A stretch of DNA of 64,000 nt from Eledone cirrhosa (GCA_964016885.1 OZ024742.1:77748001-77812000); one strand, 5' to 3'. Counted from the stretch's first letter, positions 13,418 through 28,469 are shown. Numbers and translations: made by a program. The notes: generated by a model not told the origin, from the sequence alone.

Positions 13418-13814
13418 TCAATTGCATGAACTCATAATCCTTTATTTATTGCTATATATATTTTGATGATAGCCATTGAGTGGCTATGACCTCATCAGGC
13501 AGTTAGTCAGTTCTTAGATATGCCAGCTCTGTGTTGATGGTGTTGATGGTATCAGAGCCTTGGGACATATGTGCTTGTTAGGGATAATTTAATGTTGTCA
13601 GCAGGAATAATCTTAATTCTCATTGGTCAGTTTGTAGACGCTAGTATGGTTGGTATTTGACCTCAAAAAGGCAGGTGGTGTTGTAAATTTCAAACCATCA
13701 GGTAAGATGACAATATTTCCATATGACTGATTTTCACAAAAAGCATTCCTGGTCAGATATATATTCAATTGGGGTTTATAGTATGAAATTCGATACTACA
13801 GGTCAATCTTAAAT
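13418..13814 (-). mobile_element. PLE pLTR copy inverted relative to 9553-9950; HHR inactivated
   Basis: HHR at 13448-13503 has GAAA changed to AAAA (G12A). Confidence 0.8.
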
Positions 13815-13856
13815 ATATATATATACATATATATACATATATATATATATGTGTGT

Positions 13857-13914
<58 letters not shown>

Positions 13915-14054
13915 AACAACACAATACAATTATTCCATTTACACAATGTTTCATGAAGGAGGCGACCTCAACGGAGGCGTCCGAAGTTCTGTACTATACA
14001 TAGAGCACTCATCTTTCCTTTATATATAGATATGTTTCTTTATTAGCCACATAT

Positions 14055-14055
<1 letters not shown>

Positions 14056-14118
<63 letters not shown>
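14056..14118. repeat. (GATA)n microsatellite
   Basis: Direct reading. Confidence 0.95.
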
Positions 14119-14147
14119 GTATATATATGTATATATATATATATATA

Positions 14148-14310
14148 TTAAAATAACAGATTCAAGTTTAAGCAAAGAATCGCTGCTTTCACCCTTAATG
14201 GGATCTTCTGAAACTCAATATTTGCTCTAGGGTTCTTATATATTTGATATATATTTATCCTTATCGAGCCCTCTCTGGATTTTAGTCTTCAAATTTATTA
14301 TTATTACTAT
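14148..14310. mobile_element. Mini PLE derivative (inverted pLTR end plus tail); second copy at about 37663-37803
   Basis: The two copies align. Minus-strand HHR relic CAGAAGA TCCC..GGGT GAAA; plus-strand bulged hairpin at 14224-14269. Confidence 0.65.
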
Positions 14311-16329
14311 ATATATATATATATGTATGTATGTATGTGTGTGTGTATATATATATATATATACACATATATATATATATACATATATGTGTAATTTTAA
14401 AAAATGAAAACATACAAAAACAATTAGTCTTGTCAGTTTCAAGGGTGAAAGAGAGAAAAAAAGGTTTGACGAATAGGCCGTTAATCTTTCATCACGAATA
14501 CAATCGTTCAGATATTAGAAAATAAAACAAAGGGGTACATGTGAGTGTGTGAGTTTATTTTGTTTCTGTGTGTATCTGCATATATGTAGGTTGAATGTTA
14601 TATAGATTATGTGTGTCTGAGAGTGTCTGCCTATATTAACATTCATTTTGTGTGTGGTCTGTCTGTGTGTATCAAATATAAAAGAAATTATTTGTGGCAA
14701 ATATGTATATTCTCATTAAGTATGTGTTCATTAAAAAACACATGAAACACAACTTCAAAGTGTGGACGAGATGAAGTTGAAATGAGCCTATTGGGAAATA
14801 CAACAAATTAAACAACCAAAATATACTCTATACAAAATAGCCTTAGTAAATAAAATTGAAATTAAAATCCGGCCATTATACATGTGTTAAGAAGGTGAAC
14901 TTCGTTTTCTACATTAAATAAATGTTTAAATTTTCAGATCCACTTTAATTCTCCCTAAACATCAAAATTACTTTCTTCGATGACTTATCTCCATCTATCA
15001 TGTATCAGCTGGTACACGTATTCACGGTTATTTTTAATTTCACATTTAAGAGACTACAATGAAATATTTTTTTGCGTAATTCTTGATCTTCGCTAGTAAA
15101 ATCTACAGAAATATCCTCATACCAACGATGCTTATAACAATGTAAGCAACAGATCAAAGCATATCATTATATAATATTTCTAATTATTTTAATGTGATTC
15201 ATTTTCCTATAATTTCCGTTTATGTCGTCAGTATCACCTTTGGATGCGGGTACGTGTTAGAGAAATGTGCAGCGGGGGATTCAGTTCCTGAGCATGTGTC
15301 TGTAAAGACTTCGACCTCTTATATATAATTCCAACTTTGTGTTCCTTTGTACTCAAGGTATGTTGTATTATGAGTCTATGTTTAAGTTTAATGTAAGCAG
15401 TAACTTCTAATATCTATTGACAGATGTTTATTGTAGTCTGTGTAGTCACGTTGTCTAATACAAGGTCGATCGTTTCTATTACAGGGAATGTGATAACATT
15501 TCTTTCTATAACCACAATGAAAATATTTCGAACTTTCTTGGTTTGCTGTAAAATTTCTAAGAATGTATCTGATTAGCGTTAATTATTTTTTCCTTGGTGT
15601 ATATTTCTTTATGATGCAATTTAGTTGTTTAGCATCACTGTGTGTTTGCGTGTTGATTTGGAAGATTATAAGATGAAGTAGATTATTTTACTTGTGAGTC
15701 ATTACGGTGCTATAAATATATGCTGGAAACGAAATCTATACTGTGTTACTGCAGTTGCTGCAGTAAATATTTTATTGAATTGAATTTTTAATTGCACACA
15801 GTTGTAATATTCTAATTGTGATGGATTCGATGTTAGCCTATACTATGCTTCGCATTCGTTTGTAACGTATTTGTCTTTGTTCATAATAACACAGAGATTG
15901 CTCAATGTGCATGCCCATTTCAGCATTTTATCGTTGTTTATCAGATCCGGTAGATATATTTCATTATTCTTAAGTCTGTTTTATTTTTGTTATTCAATCT
16001 CTCTTTATTACCCTAACACCTGAATAAATATATCACTATGTCGTTAACTTTGCTCCTGCTTTTTGTCATATTTTCTTTTAAAATGTGATTTCATTTTTTC
16101 TCAGCGCTGAGAGAGTCTATGAATGTCATCTTCCTGTAGAACTAACCGTATGTGACCGTTATAAAATAAATCTACTAACCTTCCGGACATTGTTATTTTT
16201 CATTCGGTATAGAGGTGTAAACTATATATTAGTGATAGAGAACATGTTATTCCATAAGGGCTTGTTAATACACGAATGTTTTAATGGCATGATTTAGAGA
16301 AAAACTGTTGATAATCTTAGAAATATATA

Positions 16330-16968
16330 AACAAAAGCAAAACAAATCTATTCAAAAGCAAAGAAACAAACCTTATGTAGTAAGAAAAAATAAAAAAATA
16401 AAAAAGGGAAAACAAACGGAAAGAAAGAATAGGGAAATATAGAAAAGATAAGAGAGAAAGAAAGAGGAAAAAGAACGGGAAACGGAGGGGATAGCAAGAG
16501 ATCTGGTGTCGCAGAAGAGAGGGGTGATGTTTGAGGATGATTGGGCTTTGGGCCTAGGGCAAGGGGGTAGGAGTGCTGCGCCCCGCGGACAAGACAGCAA
16601 AAGCATTCCGCTGGAAGATGGCCAGTGACACCTGCTCCTCATGCGGGCCGTCGACGCTCTGAACTTGCGGAGGAGCTCGGCAGTACGGGGTCCAAGTACG
16701 ACTGAGGTCTCGACGGCAATCAATGCCAAGAGGAAGCGGCCGGGCAAACCCCAGTATTTGTTTATTTTACGTTCTTCTGCGAGGCGGGATGCGATGCCGG
16801 GGGTTTTGGCCGAAGCGACTAAGTTGGAGGTGGAGACCGTGTCGCAGCAGGTGGCATCCCAGATGAGGGATCTACCACCTTCAAATGTGAAGATGGTTAT
16901 TCCATCGGGACGCTTGATATCACCACGGTCTAGGCCTGCTGGCTCCAGTTGAGATGGAAAGCCAGCAC
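16330..16968 (-). mobile_element. CRE-clade non-LTR retrotransposon 3' fragment (RLE domain)
   Basis: Minus strand reads LEPAGLDRGDIKRPDGITIFTFEGGRSLIWDATCCDT...AEERKINKY...IAVETSVVLG, the CRE-type PD-(D/E)xK signature, followed by a pyrimidine-rich 3' UTR. Confidence 0.8.
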
Positions 16969-17292
16969 TAGATTTTACGTTGCTTTGTCAACTGGGTTTT
17001 ACCGATTTTATTCTGGGGACTCCGGTATTTCTGTCAATCTGAATTGAAACGTCAGTTTTGATGAAGTTTATTTTTCTTGAAACGACGGTGTAGATACATT
17101 GATTTGTTACCAGTGTGTTTACATCAATAATGCAATTATTTTTCAATGTGTATTAATTGTATTTCTATCTAGTCTATTAGAAATATCTCTCGAAAAATAA
17201 ATGGTGTTGATTTGAAGGATACCTTTGTTGACCTTTCTCTAATATCATATATCCAACCTTTCAGGGCATGATAAAATGGCCGTTAAATGCAA

Positions 17293-18019
<727 letters not shown>

Positions 18020-18507
18020 GTATAGGATTATCCTAGATGTAGTAATGGTTAATAACTACACTGGATATGGTTGACGTACGGAGAGCGGTTACTCTACGAG
18101 TTATGGAAGAATTGTTGAAGAAACTTAGTTCCTGATCCTTCTGTATTCCGGAGTGTATATAATGAATGAATAATAACAGGTAGACATCATAAAAAGGTAA
18201 TTTATTCCGTGTGCTTACAAATGTTTCCACGGTGGTACTACAGCCTAGTTATGCTATGTGCAAATTTACAACTATTTGCAGAACTCAAATATCCAATGCT
18301 GTGTCCACTGTATACTCAGAGCAGAATGGTTAAAATGTACAAAGTAAATACCCTTAAGTGGGGTTGTTGGAGAAGATAGAGTAGAAAAGGAAGAGAGAAA
18401 AGTAGGGGAGAGGGAGAGAGAGAGAAGGATATGCAGGGGTTGGAGAAATAGGAGAGAGTGGTTTGTAGATATCTTAATCAAAATGTTATGGTAGGGGTTT
18501 TATTATA

Positions 18508-19663
18508 CTCAAAGAAAGAAGCACTTCCGAGCAGTGAAGTACAAGTTATATATTAATATATATGATAAACACATACGTGTTTGTATTGTAAGAGACAAAG
18601 TTAGCTAGAATGAAATCAACTAATTAAAGTGAACACAATTTGTCTGTCTCGATATAAGTCAATAAAGACAAGCTTATATTTGCAAAAGCCGTGATTCCTG
18701 GACAAACTTAAATTTCAAAATCCAAACCTGCTCCGTAGATGAATTTGAACTTCGAAACCTAAATATGTTTCGCAACGATGGTACATGAATTGAAATATAA
18801 AAAAAATTGAAATAAAATTGAAATAAAATTGAAATAAAAAGTGAAATATTCAAATCTTCTGTGCTTATCAACAGGAATCCAGTAAAATTAGTACATTCCA
18901 CCTTCAAAAATTTTGCAGGACTGATTACACGTGGTGTAGCCAGCAATACTAGCCTTCGTATACTCCCGGTGCTAGAAATAACAGCCGTTTATATGGGATT
19001 AAAAATTAGCTCTACAGTTAAGGAGCAATAATACTATATTATATTTAGAGTTTAAACTCAAAGTCATTTACAATTAATCAGCTCAAAGAAAGAAGCATTT
19101 CCGAGCAGTGAAGTACAAGTTATATATTAATATATATGATAAACACATACGTGTTTGTATTGTAAGAGACAAAGTTAGCTAGAATGAAATCAACTAATTA
19201 AAGTGAATACAATCTGTCTGTCTCGATATAAGTCAATAAAGACAAGCTTATATTGGCAAAAGCCGTGATTCCTGGACAAATTTAAATTTCAAAATCAAAA
19301 CCTGCCCCGTAGATGAATTTGAACTTCGAAACCTAAATATGTTTCGCAACGATGGTACATGAATTGAAATATAAAAAAAATTGAAATAAAATAAGGCTTG
19401 GATTTTGAAATTTAAATTTGTCCAGGAATCACGGCTTTTGCCAATATAAGCTTGTCTTTATTGACTTATATCGAGACAGACAAATTGCATTCACTTTAAT
19501 TAGTTGATTTCATTCTAGCTAACTTTGTCTCTTACAATACAAACACGTATGTGTTTATCATATATATTAATATATAACTTGTACTTCACTGCTCGGAAAT
19601 GCTTCTTTCTTTGAGCTGATTAATTGTAAATGATTTGAGTTTAAACTCTAAATATAATACAGT
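18508..19663. repeat. Tandem plus inverted ~300-bp unit, probable PLE pLTR array
   Basis: About 18508-18820 repeats at 19082-19392; about 19035-19300 is inverted at 19395-19663; bulged hairpin at 19591-19616. No intact HHR found. Confidence 0.7.
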
Positions 19664-19690
19664 ATATATATATGTATATATATATACATA

Positions 19691-19734
<44 letters not shown>

Positions 19735-19739
<5 letters not shown>

Positions 19740-20892
19740 AGATAAGCAGAACAAGCAAAATTCAGAAACATTTTTTAAAATAAATTAAAAAATATTATTT
19801 AAATATTTACTTACTCCAAGTTGCTCTTACCGATCGGTTTCCCTTTACAAAACATTGGAAATCCACGGGATTTCCAATGGAAAAGTAAAGTTCATCAGAG
19901 AAGCATTTTCCTTTCCTAGGGCCATGAACGGCAAAATATATTGCCATCTGCTAGCTAGCACAAGATCGAGTGAGGCCGAAATTTGACCTGTACATGAACC
20001 AGTCCGTAGCAAAAGCGGAAGTAAACATAGACGTGTTGTCTACTACACTACTAAAAATATCAGCTAAATAGAACAGCAGATTTGTTCTCTACATAACGAA
20101 GAATATTAAAAGAAGTTAATATGCCCACGGGTACTAAGTACACCTGGAAATATATAGTTTGTCTATGATACAGGGTTGTTCAATGGTATTAATTTGACAT
20201 ACCAGAACTATAATATTGAGATAAGCAGAACAAGCAAAATTCAAACAATTCTTTAAAATAAATAAAAAAATATAATTTAAATATTTACTTACTCCAAGTT
20301 GCTCTCACCGATCGGTTTCCCTTTTCAAAACATTGCAAATCCATGGGATTTCCAATGGAAAAGTAAAGTTCATCAGAGAAGCATTTTCCTTTCCTAGGGC
20401 TAAAGTCTCAGGAACGGCAAAATATATTGCCATCTGCTAGCTAGCACAAGATCGAGTGAGGCCGAAATTTGACCTGTACATGAACCAGTCCGTAGCAAAA
20501 GCGGAAGTAAACATAGACGTGTTGTCTACTACACTACTAAAAATAGCAACTAAATAGAACAGCAGATTTGTTCTCTACATAACGGAGAATATTAAAATAA
20601 GCAGAGCAAGCAAAAATCAAACAATTTTTTATAATAAATTAAAAAATATAATTTAAATATTTACTTACTCCAATTGCTAGTACCCGAGGGCATATTAACT
20701 TCTTTTAATATTCTCCGTTATGTAAGTAAATATTTAAGTAAATATTTAAATTATATTTTTTAATTTATTATAAAAAATTGTTTGATTTTTGTTTGTTCTG
20801 CTTATCTCAATATTATAGTTCTGGTATGTCAAATTAATACCATTGAACAACCCTGTATCATAGACAACCTATATATTTCCAGGGGTACTTAG

Positions 20893-20893
<1 letters not shown>
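19735..20893 (-). mobile_element. Non-coding PLE pLTR tandem (~480-bp unit) with inverted partial copies, retrozyme-like
   Basis: Units 19735-20213 and 20214-20597, inverted pieces at 20680-20893, (TA)n on both sides, one HHR per unit. Confidence 0.8.
19823..19904 (-). ncRNA. Type I hammerhead ribozyme with extended stem II
   Basis: GCTTCT CTGATGA ACTTTAC...CATTGGAAATCC-CGT-GGATTTCCAATG...GTAAAGG GAAA CCGATCGGT A AGAGC. The tandem copy at 20301-20382 has GUG at the cleavage triplet. Confidence 0.85.
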
Positions 20894-21199
<306 letters not shown>

Positions 21200-21200
<1 letters not shown>

Positions 21201-21960
21201 CATGTACACGTACATATATATATATGTATACAGACGTACAGTAGTATGTATATATATATACATACATGCACACATATATATATGTACGTATGGATTCAAC
21301 GAACATTTATTATAATGCTCGGTGTGTTTGTAAACAAACATCCCGTATTAAGCCGTAGTGTCTAGCAACCATAGTTGCTCGTTTGTTCAACACTGACAAA
21401 GGAATATTTGCTATCGTCAGCAACGTATACTTTCCTGCCAGATTGTTGAACGTATATACTTATCTTATGCATATTAACGGCTGAATAGCCCAATTTGCAT
21501 ATCGAGTGGATTAATCGGCCGGGTGCACCGAAAAAGATAAACGGAAAAAATGAAACGAAATTTCATTTCCCACTCTTAGTAGGGCTGTTACTTAAATATA
21601 AGTATGTACACGTACATACATATATGTATACAGAAGTACAGTAGTATGTATATATATATACATACATGCACACATATATATATATATGTACGTATGGATT
21701 CACCGAACATTTATTATAATGCTCTGTGTGTTTGTAAACAGACATCCCGTATTAAGCCGTAGTGTCTAGCAACCATGGTTGCTCGTTTGTTCAACACTGA
21801 CAAAGGAACGCTGTACTAGTTTCAAGCTTATTAGCTATCGTCAGCAACGTATACCTTGCAGCCAGATTGTTGAACGTATATACTTACCTTATTCATATTA
21901 ACGGCTGAGTAGCCCAATGTGCATATCGAGTGGGTTAATCGGTCGGGTGCACCGAAAACG
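21200..21960 (-). mobile_element. Non-coding PLE pLTR tandem (~410-bp period)
   Basis: About 21200-21535 repeats at 21603-21958; HHR intact in the second unit and internally deleted in the first. Confidence 0.75.
21808..21850 (-). ncRNA. Minimal type I hammerhead ribozyme
   Basis: ACGTTG CTGACGA TAGCT-AATA-AGCTT GAAA CTAGT A CAGCGT; stem III is the palindrome ACTAGT; GUA triplet. Confidence 0.88.
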
Positions 21961-21986
21961 ATATATATATATATATATATATATAT

Positions 21987-23064
21987 AGAAAGTACATGAA
22001 TCAAAGTTCTGTTTAAATCATTGATTTGCTTACAATTGTTTCTTCCAAACCGAGGTTTGAAGTCTTTGGAGCAATTATTACGTGATTGTTTACATACTTG
22101 ACCTCCTTTTTAACACAAGAGTCATATAGAAACATAAATAGTATCCTTAATAGACATATAGAAACATAAAAGTATCCTTAATGTAAATATATATATATAT
22201 ATATATATAAATATATATATAAACGTTTGAATATGTGTAATAAAGCCAAAACAATGCAGGTATGGACATAGAAAACAGAATGCAATTGTAAAAGATATTG
22301 TTGACAATTCGTCCTTTATCTTGAATTTATTTAAATGTCCTTAATTTTCGCGATAATATCTCTTCTTCAGAAGGAAATAAAGGTCTCAAACCAGCGTTCT
22401 AAATATCTAGCCAAGCCATGCTGACAGGAAATAGTATAGAGTATCTGTTCTATCTCTAATATCAAAGAATTAAAATTAGGTGGATAAAGAGTAGTCTCCC
22501 TTTAAAAGGGGTTTGTTTAGGGTTATTTTTTTTTATATTTTTTTTATTTTTATTTCATATACATGCCTGTGTAAGTGTGTGGGAGAATGCATGAAGGTGT
22601 AAGTGTGTGAGTGTGTGTGTGTGAGTGTGAGAAGATAAGTCTAATCGTAAATGTGGGGGGGTAGGTGTTATCTGGTGTTAGAACTGGTTTTGTGTGTGTA
22701 TGTGTGAGAGAGAATAAGTGGAGGTGTAAGCGTGTGTGTGCGCTCGTGCGTGTGTGTGGGGGGTGTAAATATGGGGCTAGAGGCCCTATCAGGTTATAAA
22801 TTGGTTGTTGAGTTCTAGTCTATTATTGATTGGTGGTTGTGTTTTATCTATAATTAGTGCTTCCTTAATTCTAAGATTGCCGAGGTTTCTTTCCTTAGTT
22901 TCTATCCTAACTGTTATGGTTTTGTCGGTGTTTTTGCATTTAACTAGGTGTTTCTTAAATGAGAAGGCGTTAGTATTGAGGTGTTCTTTTATTCTTATGT
23001 GGAGTGGTCTGGTGGTGCTACCTACATAGAAGTTGTTGCATTTGTCACACTCTAGTCTGTATAC

Positions 23065-23068
<4 letters not shown>
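21987..23068 (-). mobile_element. Poseidon-like PLE 3' fragment (GIY-YIG plus pLTR)
   Basis: [23 protein letters not shown]...[10 protein letters not shown]...PPIN at about 22790-23050; HHR relic at 22026-22074 (CCAAAGA core, G5 lost). Confidence 0.8.
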
Positions 23069-23659
<591 letters not shown>

Positions 23660-23666
<7 letters not shown>

Positions 23667-24252
23667 GAAACACACAGATACATGCGGACACACACATATA
23701 CATGAATGCGTCTGTTCCAGTCATTCATTGAGCTACATCGGTGAAGTTGGCACCCTTAACTCACGGTTGGGTGCGGATGCATTCATGTATATGTGTGTGT
23801 CCGCATGTATCTGTGTGTTTCTAAATATATTGTTAATAACTCCCTCTGGTCGAGCAAACTTTGAAGTGTGGGGACTGCTGGAAAGCTTCTATTACTCATA
23901 CTTCTCGACTCCTTCACCACCTCTTCTACGGCTCCGATATAAATACCCACTCCGCCTCCGTGGTATTTTCTTCGAGGTTATAAGAGACTTAGCTCTGTTT
24001 CTCGACCGTTATATCGTGTGACTATCTCCCCCTCCGCCTTTTGGGATTCTTTCTCACGTCGTGTAGACGCGTTCTTGAGACTAGCAAAATGAGGTATCCT
24101 CTTGATAAGTCGGCAGACCTCGCAAGGACTCTATATCTTTATGATGTATTGTTTTTGTTTATGCCACGAAACTACGTAGTCGAGGAATCAAGGAGCAGTT
24201 TAGGTATGATACATTTTATTACTAATTATATCTAAATGTTTCTTCTCTCTTC

Positions 24253-24256
<4 letters not shown>
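23660..24256 (+). mobile_element. Non-coding PLE derivative with a 5' inverted repeat and a hammerhead
   Basis: About 23660-23714 is inverted at 23774-23828; HHR near the 3' end; (TA)n on both sides. Confidence 0.75.
24097..24186 (+). ncRNA. Type I hammerhead ribozyme, U3-A8 core variant
   Basis: TCCTC TTGATAA GT(C)GGCA...TGCCAC GAAA CTACGTAGT C GAGGA; palindromic stem III, GUC triplet. Confidence 0.82.
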
Positions 24257-24288
<32 letters not shown>

Positions 24289-24308
24289 TATATATATATA
24301 TCTATATC

Positions 24309-24470
<162 letters not shown>

Positions 24471-24598
24471 AAAGTTCTATTTAAAATTGTTGGGATACAA
24501 CAAGTAAATATTTTTATAACTGATATAAAGCACTCGACAAGTATTTGGAGTAGATATACGATATTAATAAATGGAAACTATATTTATAAAACCATATT

Positions 24599-24663
24599 TA
24601 TTTCATTATACATATTTCAGGGATACCAAATTAAATTATGGTATGCCTTCATCAGACAAAATA
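24599..24663 (-). ncRNA. Type I hammerhead ribozyme (element A, inverted pLTR)
   Basis: TATTTTGT CTGATGA AGGCATACCA..TGGTATCCCT GAAA TATGTAT A ATGAAATA. Confidence 0.85.
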
Positions 24664-25011
24664 CAATATATAACAGTTTTACAAATAAGCTTTGACGTAC
24701 CCTATTAAAATGCAACCATTGTTTTTGGAAGTCATCCGGATAGTGAATTGTTTATATAACTTTAATAAGTCATAGCGTTAGAAAAAGACGGAGTGTAAGA
24801 AAAAGACCGAGAGAAAGAAAAAACGTGCAGAAATATCGGAGAGAGAGAGATGCATGGAGAAAAAAAAGAAAGAGATAAGTAAAGACAGGGGGAAAGGAAG
24901 AAAGAAGAAAAAAGGAAGACATAAGAAAAACAGAGGAAAGCAACAGAGAGATATTAAGTCAACAGACAGATAGAAAAACTCAAGAGAGAGAAATGTTATA
25001 TAGAGAGAGAT

Positions 25012-26610
25012 GGCAAACTTAGCAAACATATTCTAGACAGGGTAATACAACAAATTAAAAACTTACCTAATTTATCTTACTTAAAATTATGGAAAGGGAC
25101 TAGTGAGGTTATCGATTGGTTTAAAGAAGTTAAATATAACTATAATAATATGTTTATTCAGCTGGATATTGCTAACTACTACTCATCTATCACTCCTAAT
25201 CTACTGAATAAGGCACTAAATTACGCATTTAAACATACTGACCTAACTAGCAATGAAATGCACATTATATTATCGGCAAGGAAAACATTGATAGAATTTA
25301 ATAACCAACTCTGGACTAGGGCAGATAGAAATAATAATTTCGACATAACTATGGGATCATCAGACTCAGCTCAGGTAACGGACCTTGTGGGCCTATTTAT
25401 AATTAATTCGCTACATAGAAAAATACCAAGTGTAACCGGAGGCTTATATCGTGATGACATACAAAATAATAGCTGTGAACTAAATAGGAAATGAAAACAA
25501 ATTATACAATTTTTTAATTACCATAATCTAAAAGTAGAAATAGAGAATAACCATAAAATAGTCAATTTTCTTGACGTTACACTAAATCTCAACACATGTC
25601 TTCATTATCCATTTCACAAACTAAATGAGAACTTGAATTATGTTAATTTTAACTCTGATCACCCCAGATCTGTTAAAAATACTATAGTGAACTCTGTTCA
25701 AGAAAGAATTTCAAGAATTTCATCTAATAAAAATATATTTGATGAAAAAGCGCAGTATTACAACGAAGCGCTAGGTAGAGCTGGATATAGAAATGAAATT
25801 AAATACATTGATAATAATAATAATAAGCAAACTAACCAAAATAATAACAATTTTAATTATGGTAACAACTTTACCAACTATAATAGAAAATATTACAATA
25901 ATTCCCAAAGCCGAAAAAGAAATAGAACTAGAAACATATTATGGTTTGCTCCCCCTTTCTCACTAAATATTAAAACCCCTATTGCTAAACTATTATTTAA
26001 AGCTCTTGACAAACGGTTCCCTAGAACACATAAATATTACTCAATTTTTAATAGACACACTATAAAATTAACTTACTCGTCCACCAAAAATTTAGCACAA
26101 AATATTAATAGAATTAATAATAGAAATTTAAAACCTAACCAAAATACCAATAATAACCCAAGCAATGTTCAATTGAATAACTGTAACTGTAGAAATAAAT
26201 CTAACTCTACGTTAAATAACAACTGCTTAGCTAAAAATGTAGTGTACAATTGTAATGTTAAAACTAATTTAAATTCGTTCAACTATGTTGGTTCTACCTC
26301 GACTGAATTTAAATTTCGCTTCAATAATCATAAAAATTCTTTCACAGATCCAAACAAAAAATCTTCAACTTCGCTATCTAGCCTACTATGGGACCTAAAA
26401 CGAGATAATGTTAAATATTCGATGACTTGGAATATTATTTCAAAAGCTACTCCTTTTAATTTCTCTTCTGAAAATTGTGATCTTTGTATTGAAGAAATAT
26501 TCTTTATATTAAAGTCCAAAAATTCCCTTAATTTAAGGAACAATTTATTCAGTTGCTGCAGACATAGATTGAACTCAACGTTTAAATATAAATATAAATT
26601 TAAAATGTAG
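25012..26610 (+). pseudogene. PLE RT plus C-terminal GIY-YIG endonuclease (Naiad type), one in-frame TGA
   Basis: FIQLDIANYYSSI, FDITMGSSDSAQVTDLVG, GLYRDD, VNFLDVTL, SDHP, WFAPPFS, CNC linker, VVYNC..YVGST..FKFRFNNH, CDLCIEE, CCRH. TGA at 25492-25494 is in frame. Confidence 0.9.
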
Positions 26611-27680
26611 TATAATTAATTAAGTATTTTAGTTAATATATAAAACCTGTCGATAAATCATTAGATTCCTTCACCATTTTCTTTTAAACTTTCTTCCTAA
26701 ATATAAACATAGATATAATAAACTACTTTAAAACGTCTAGACTTACAATATCTTAAATAAAATATACGTAGGATAAATTTCTATACTAAATATAAGGATA
26801 TCTGTAGAATCCTTGGTTTTTTAAATCTTTTAAATTTTTGAATTTTGAAAATGTTTTAAATTCTTTTTGAAATTTTTTGAAACTTTTAGATCTTTAAAAT
26901 TGTTAAATTTTTATATTATATTGATATAATATTTATTTAACTTCTATTTAATTTTATTTTTATTTATTTTTATTAGTTTTGCTTTGATTCTGATAGCTTC
27001 TCATAATCTCATAAGTCTACCCTTTCAAAATCTTGATTAAAATATAAGTAGGATAATTTTCTATACTAAATATATGAAACATATAATTGTAACTTAAGAT
27101 ACTCTATAGTGTTTTAAAGATATTTAATGCTTTGACATTTCTAGAATTCGTTTGTTCTTTTGACTATATTGATATGGTTGTATTTCCAAAATATAATCCT
27201 TTAGTATTTTAAATTTATATTGGTATAATTATATTTCCAAAGTATAATCCTTAGTAATATATTGATATTTGATTATCTCTATACAACAGTATATGTGTGT
27301 ATTAACATGCATATAAAAGTATTATAGGTTTTTTTATAATTGTACATATGTCTGTATGAATACATGAGCGATGCCTGATGACACACGCAGATATTTATTT
27401 ATACATATATAGGTGTATATGTATATATGTGTGTGTATGTATATGTGTGGGTAAAGTTATGTTGCATAACCACGCAGTTTGGATTGCAGAAATGTTAAAT
27501 ACATGAATGCTAATCATATATACGAAGTCATGAATGTTAATAGTATATATGTATGTGTATGTATAATGTGAACTTTTTATAACACAACGAATGTATAGCA
27601 ATGATTAAGAGAAATCGTCTGCGCTTTATATGTCCATATTGTTGACTTGAGTAAATATAATTTCTATTTTCAGGCCGTGC

Positions 27681-27740
<60 letters not shown>

Positions 27741-28311
27741 CTTTCTCTAGAAATGTGTATATTTTGGAGATTAAACCCAAATTTTGGAACATTGAACTCA
27801 AGGTTTAAACTAAACATATAGTCATTATTAAACAATGTTTAATTTCTCATATTATGTATCTATGTCCCATTCATGAATATTAATATTTATATTTTTATTA
27901 TTCATTTCATATGAATTGTTAACTCAACTTAACATGACATGACGTAAAGTTTTCATAATCTCCCTCTCTCTCTATATATAACATTTCTCTCTCTTGAGTT
28001 TTTCTATCTGTCTGTTGACTTAATATCTCTCTGTTGCTTTCCTCTGTTTTTCTTATGTCTTCCTTTTTTCTTCTTTCTTCCTTTCCTCCTATCTTTACTT
28101 ATCTCTTTCTTTTTTTTCTCCATGCATCTCTCTCTCCGATATTTCTCCACGTTTTTTCTTTCTCTCGGTCTTTTTCTTTCTCTCCGTCTTTTTCTAACAC
28201 TATGTCTTATTAAAGTTATATAAACAATTCACTATCCGGATGAAATCCAAAAACAATGGTTCCATTTTAATAGGGTACGTCAAAGCTTATTTGTAAAACT
28301 GTTATATATTG

Positions 28312-28376
28312 TATTTTGTCTGATGAAGCCATACCATAATTTAATTTGGTATCCCTGAAATATGTATAATGAAATA
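28312..28376 (+). ncRNA. Type I hammerhead ribozyme (element A, 3' pLTR)
   Basis: Same motif as 24599-24663 with one extra stem II mismatch. Confidence 0.82.
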
Positions 28377-28469
28377 AATATGGTTTTATAAATATAGTTT
28401 CCATTTATTAATATCGTATATATATATATATATATAAATATATATATACATATACATATAAATATATAT

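Noticed and set aside
13940-14020. Minus-strand AAGATGA GTG...CAT GAAACATTGT G
   Set aside because: Core mutated, GUG triplet and no stem I; not called as a ribozyme.
16641-16952. 103-aa plus-strand ORF
   Set aside because: Antisense shadow of the CRE RLE fragment.
25492-25494. In-frame TGA in the Naiad A ORF as possible selenocysteine (some Naiads encode selenoproteins)
   Set aside because: It aligns with Arg in element B (RK*KQ vs RTRKQ), not a conserved Cys. The ORF also has a small deletion after YRDD and I saw no SECIS, so a nonsense mutation is more likely.
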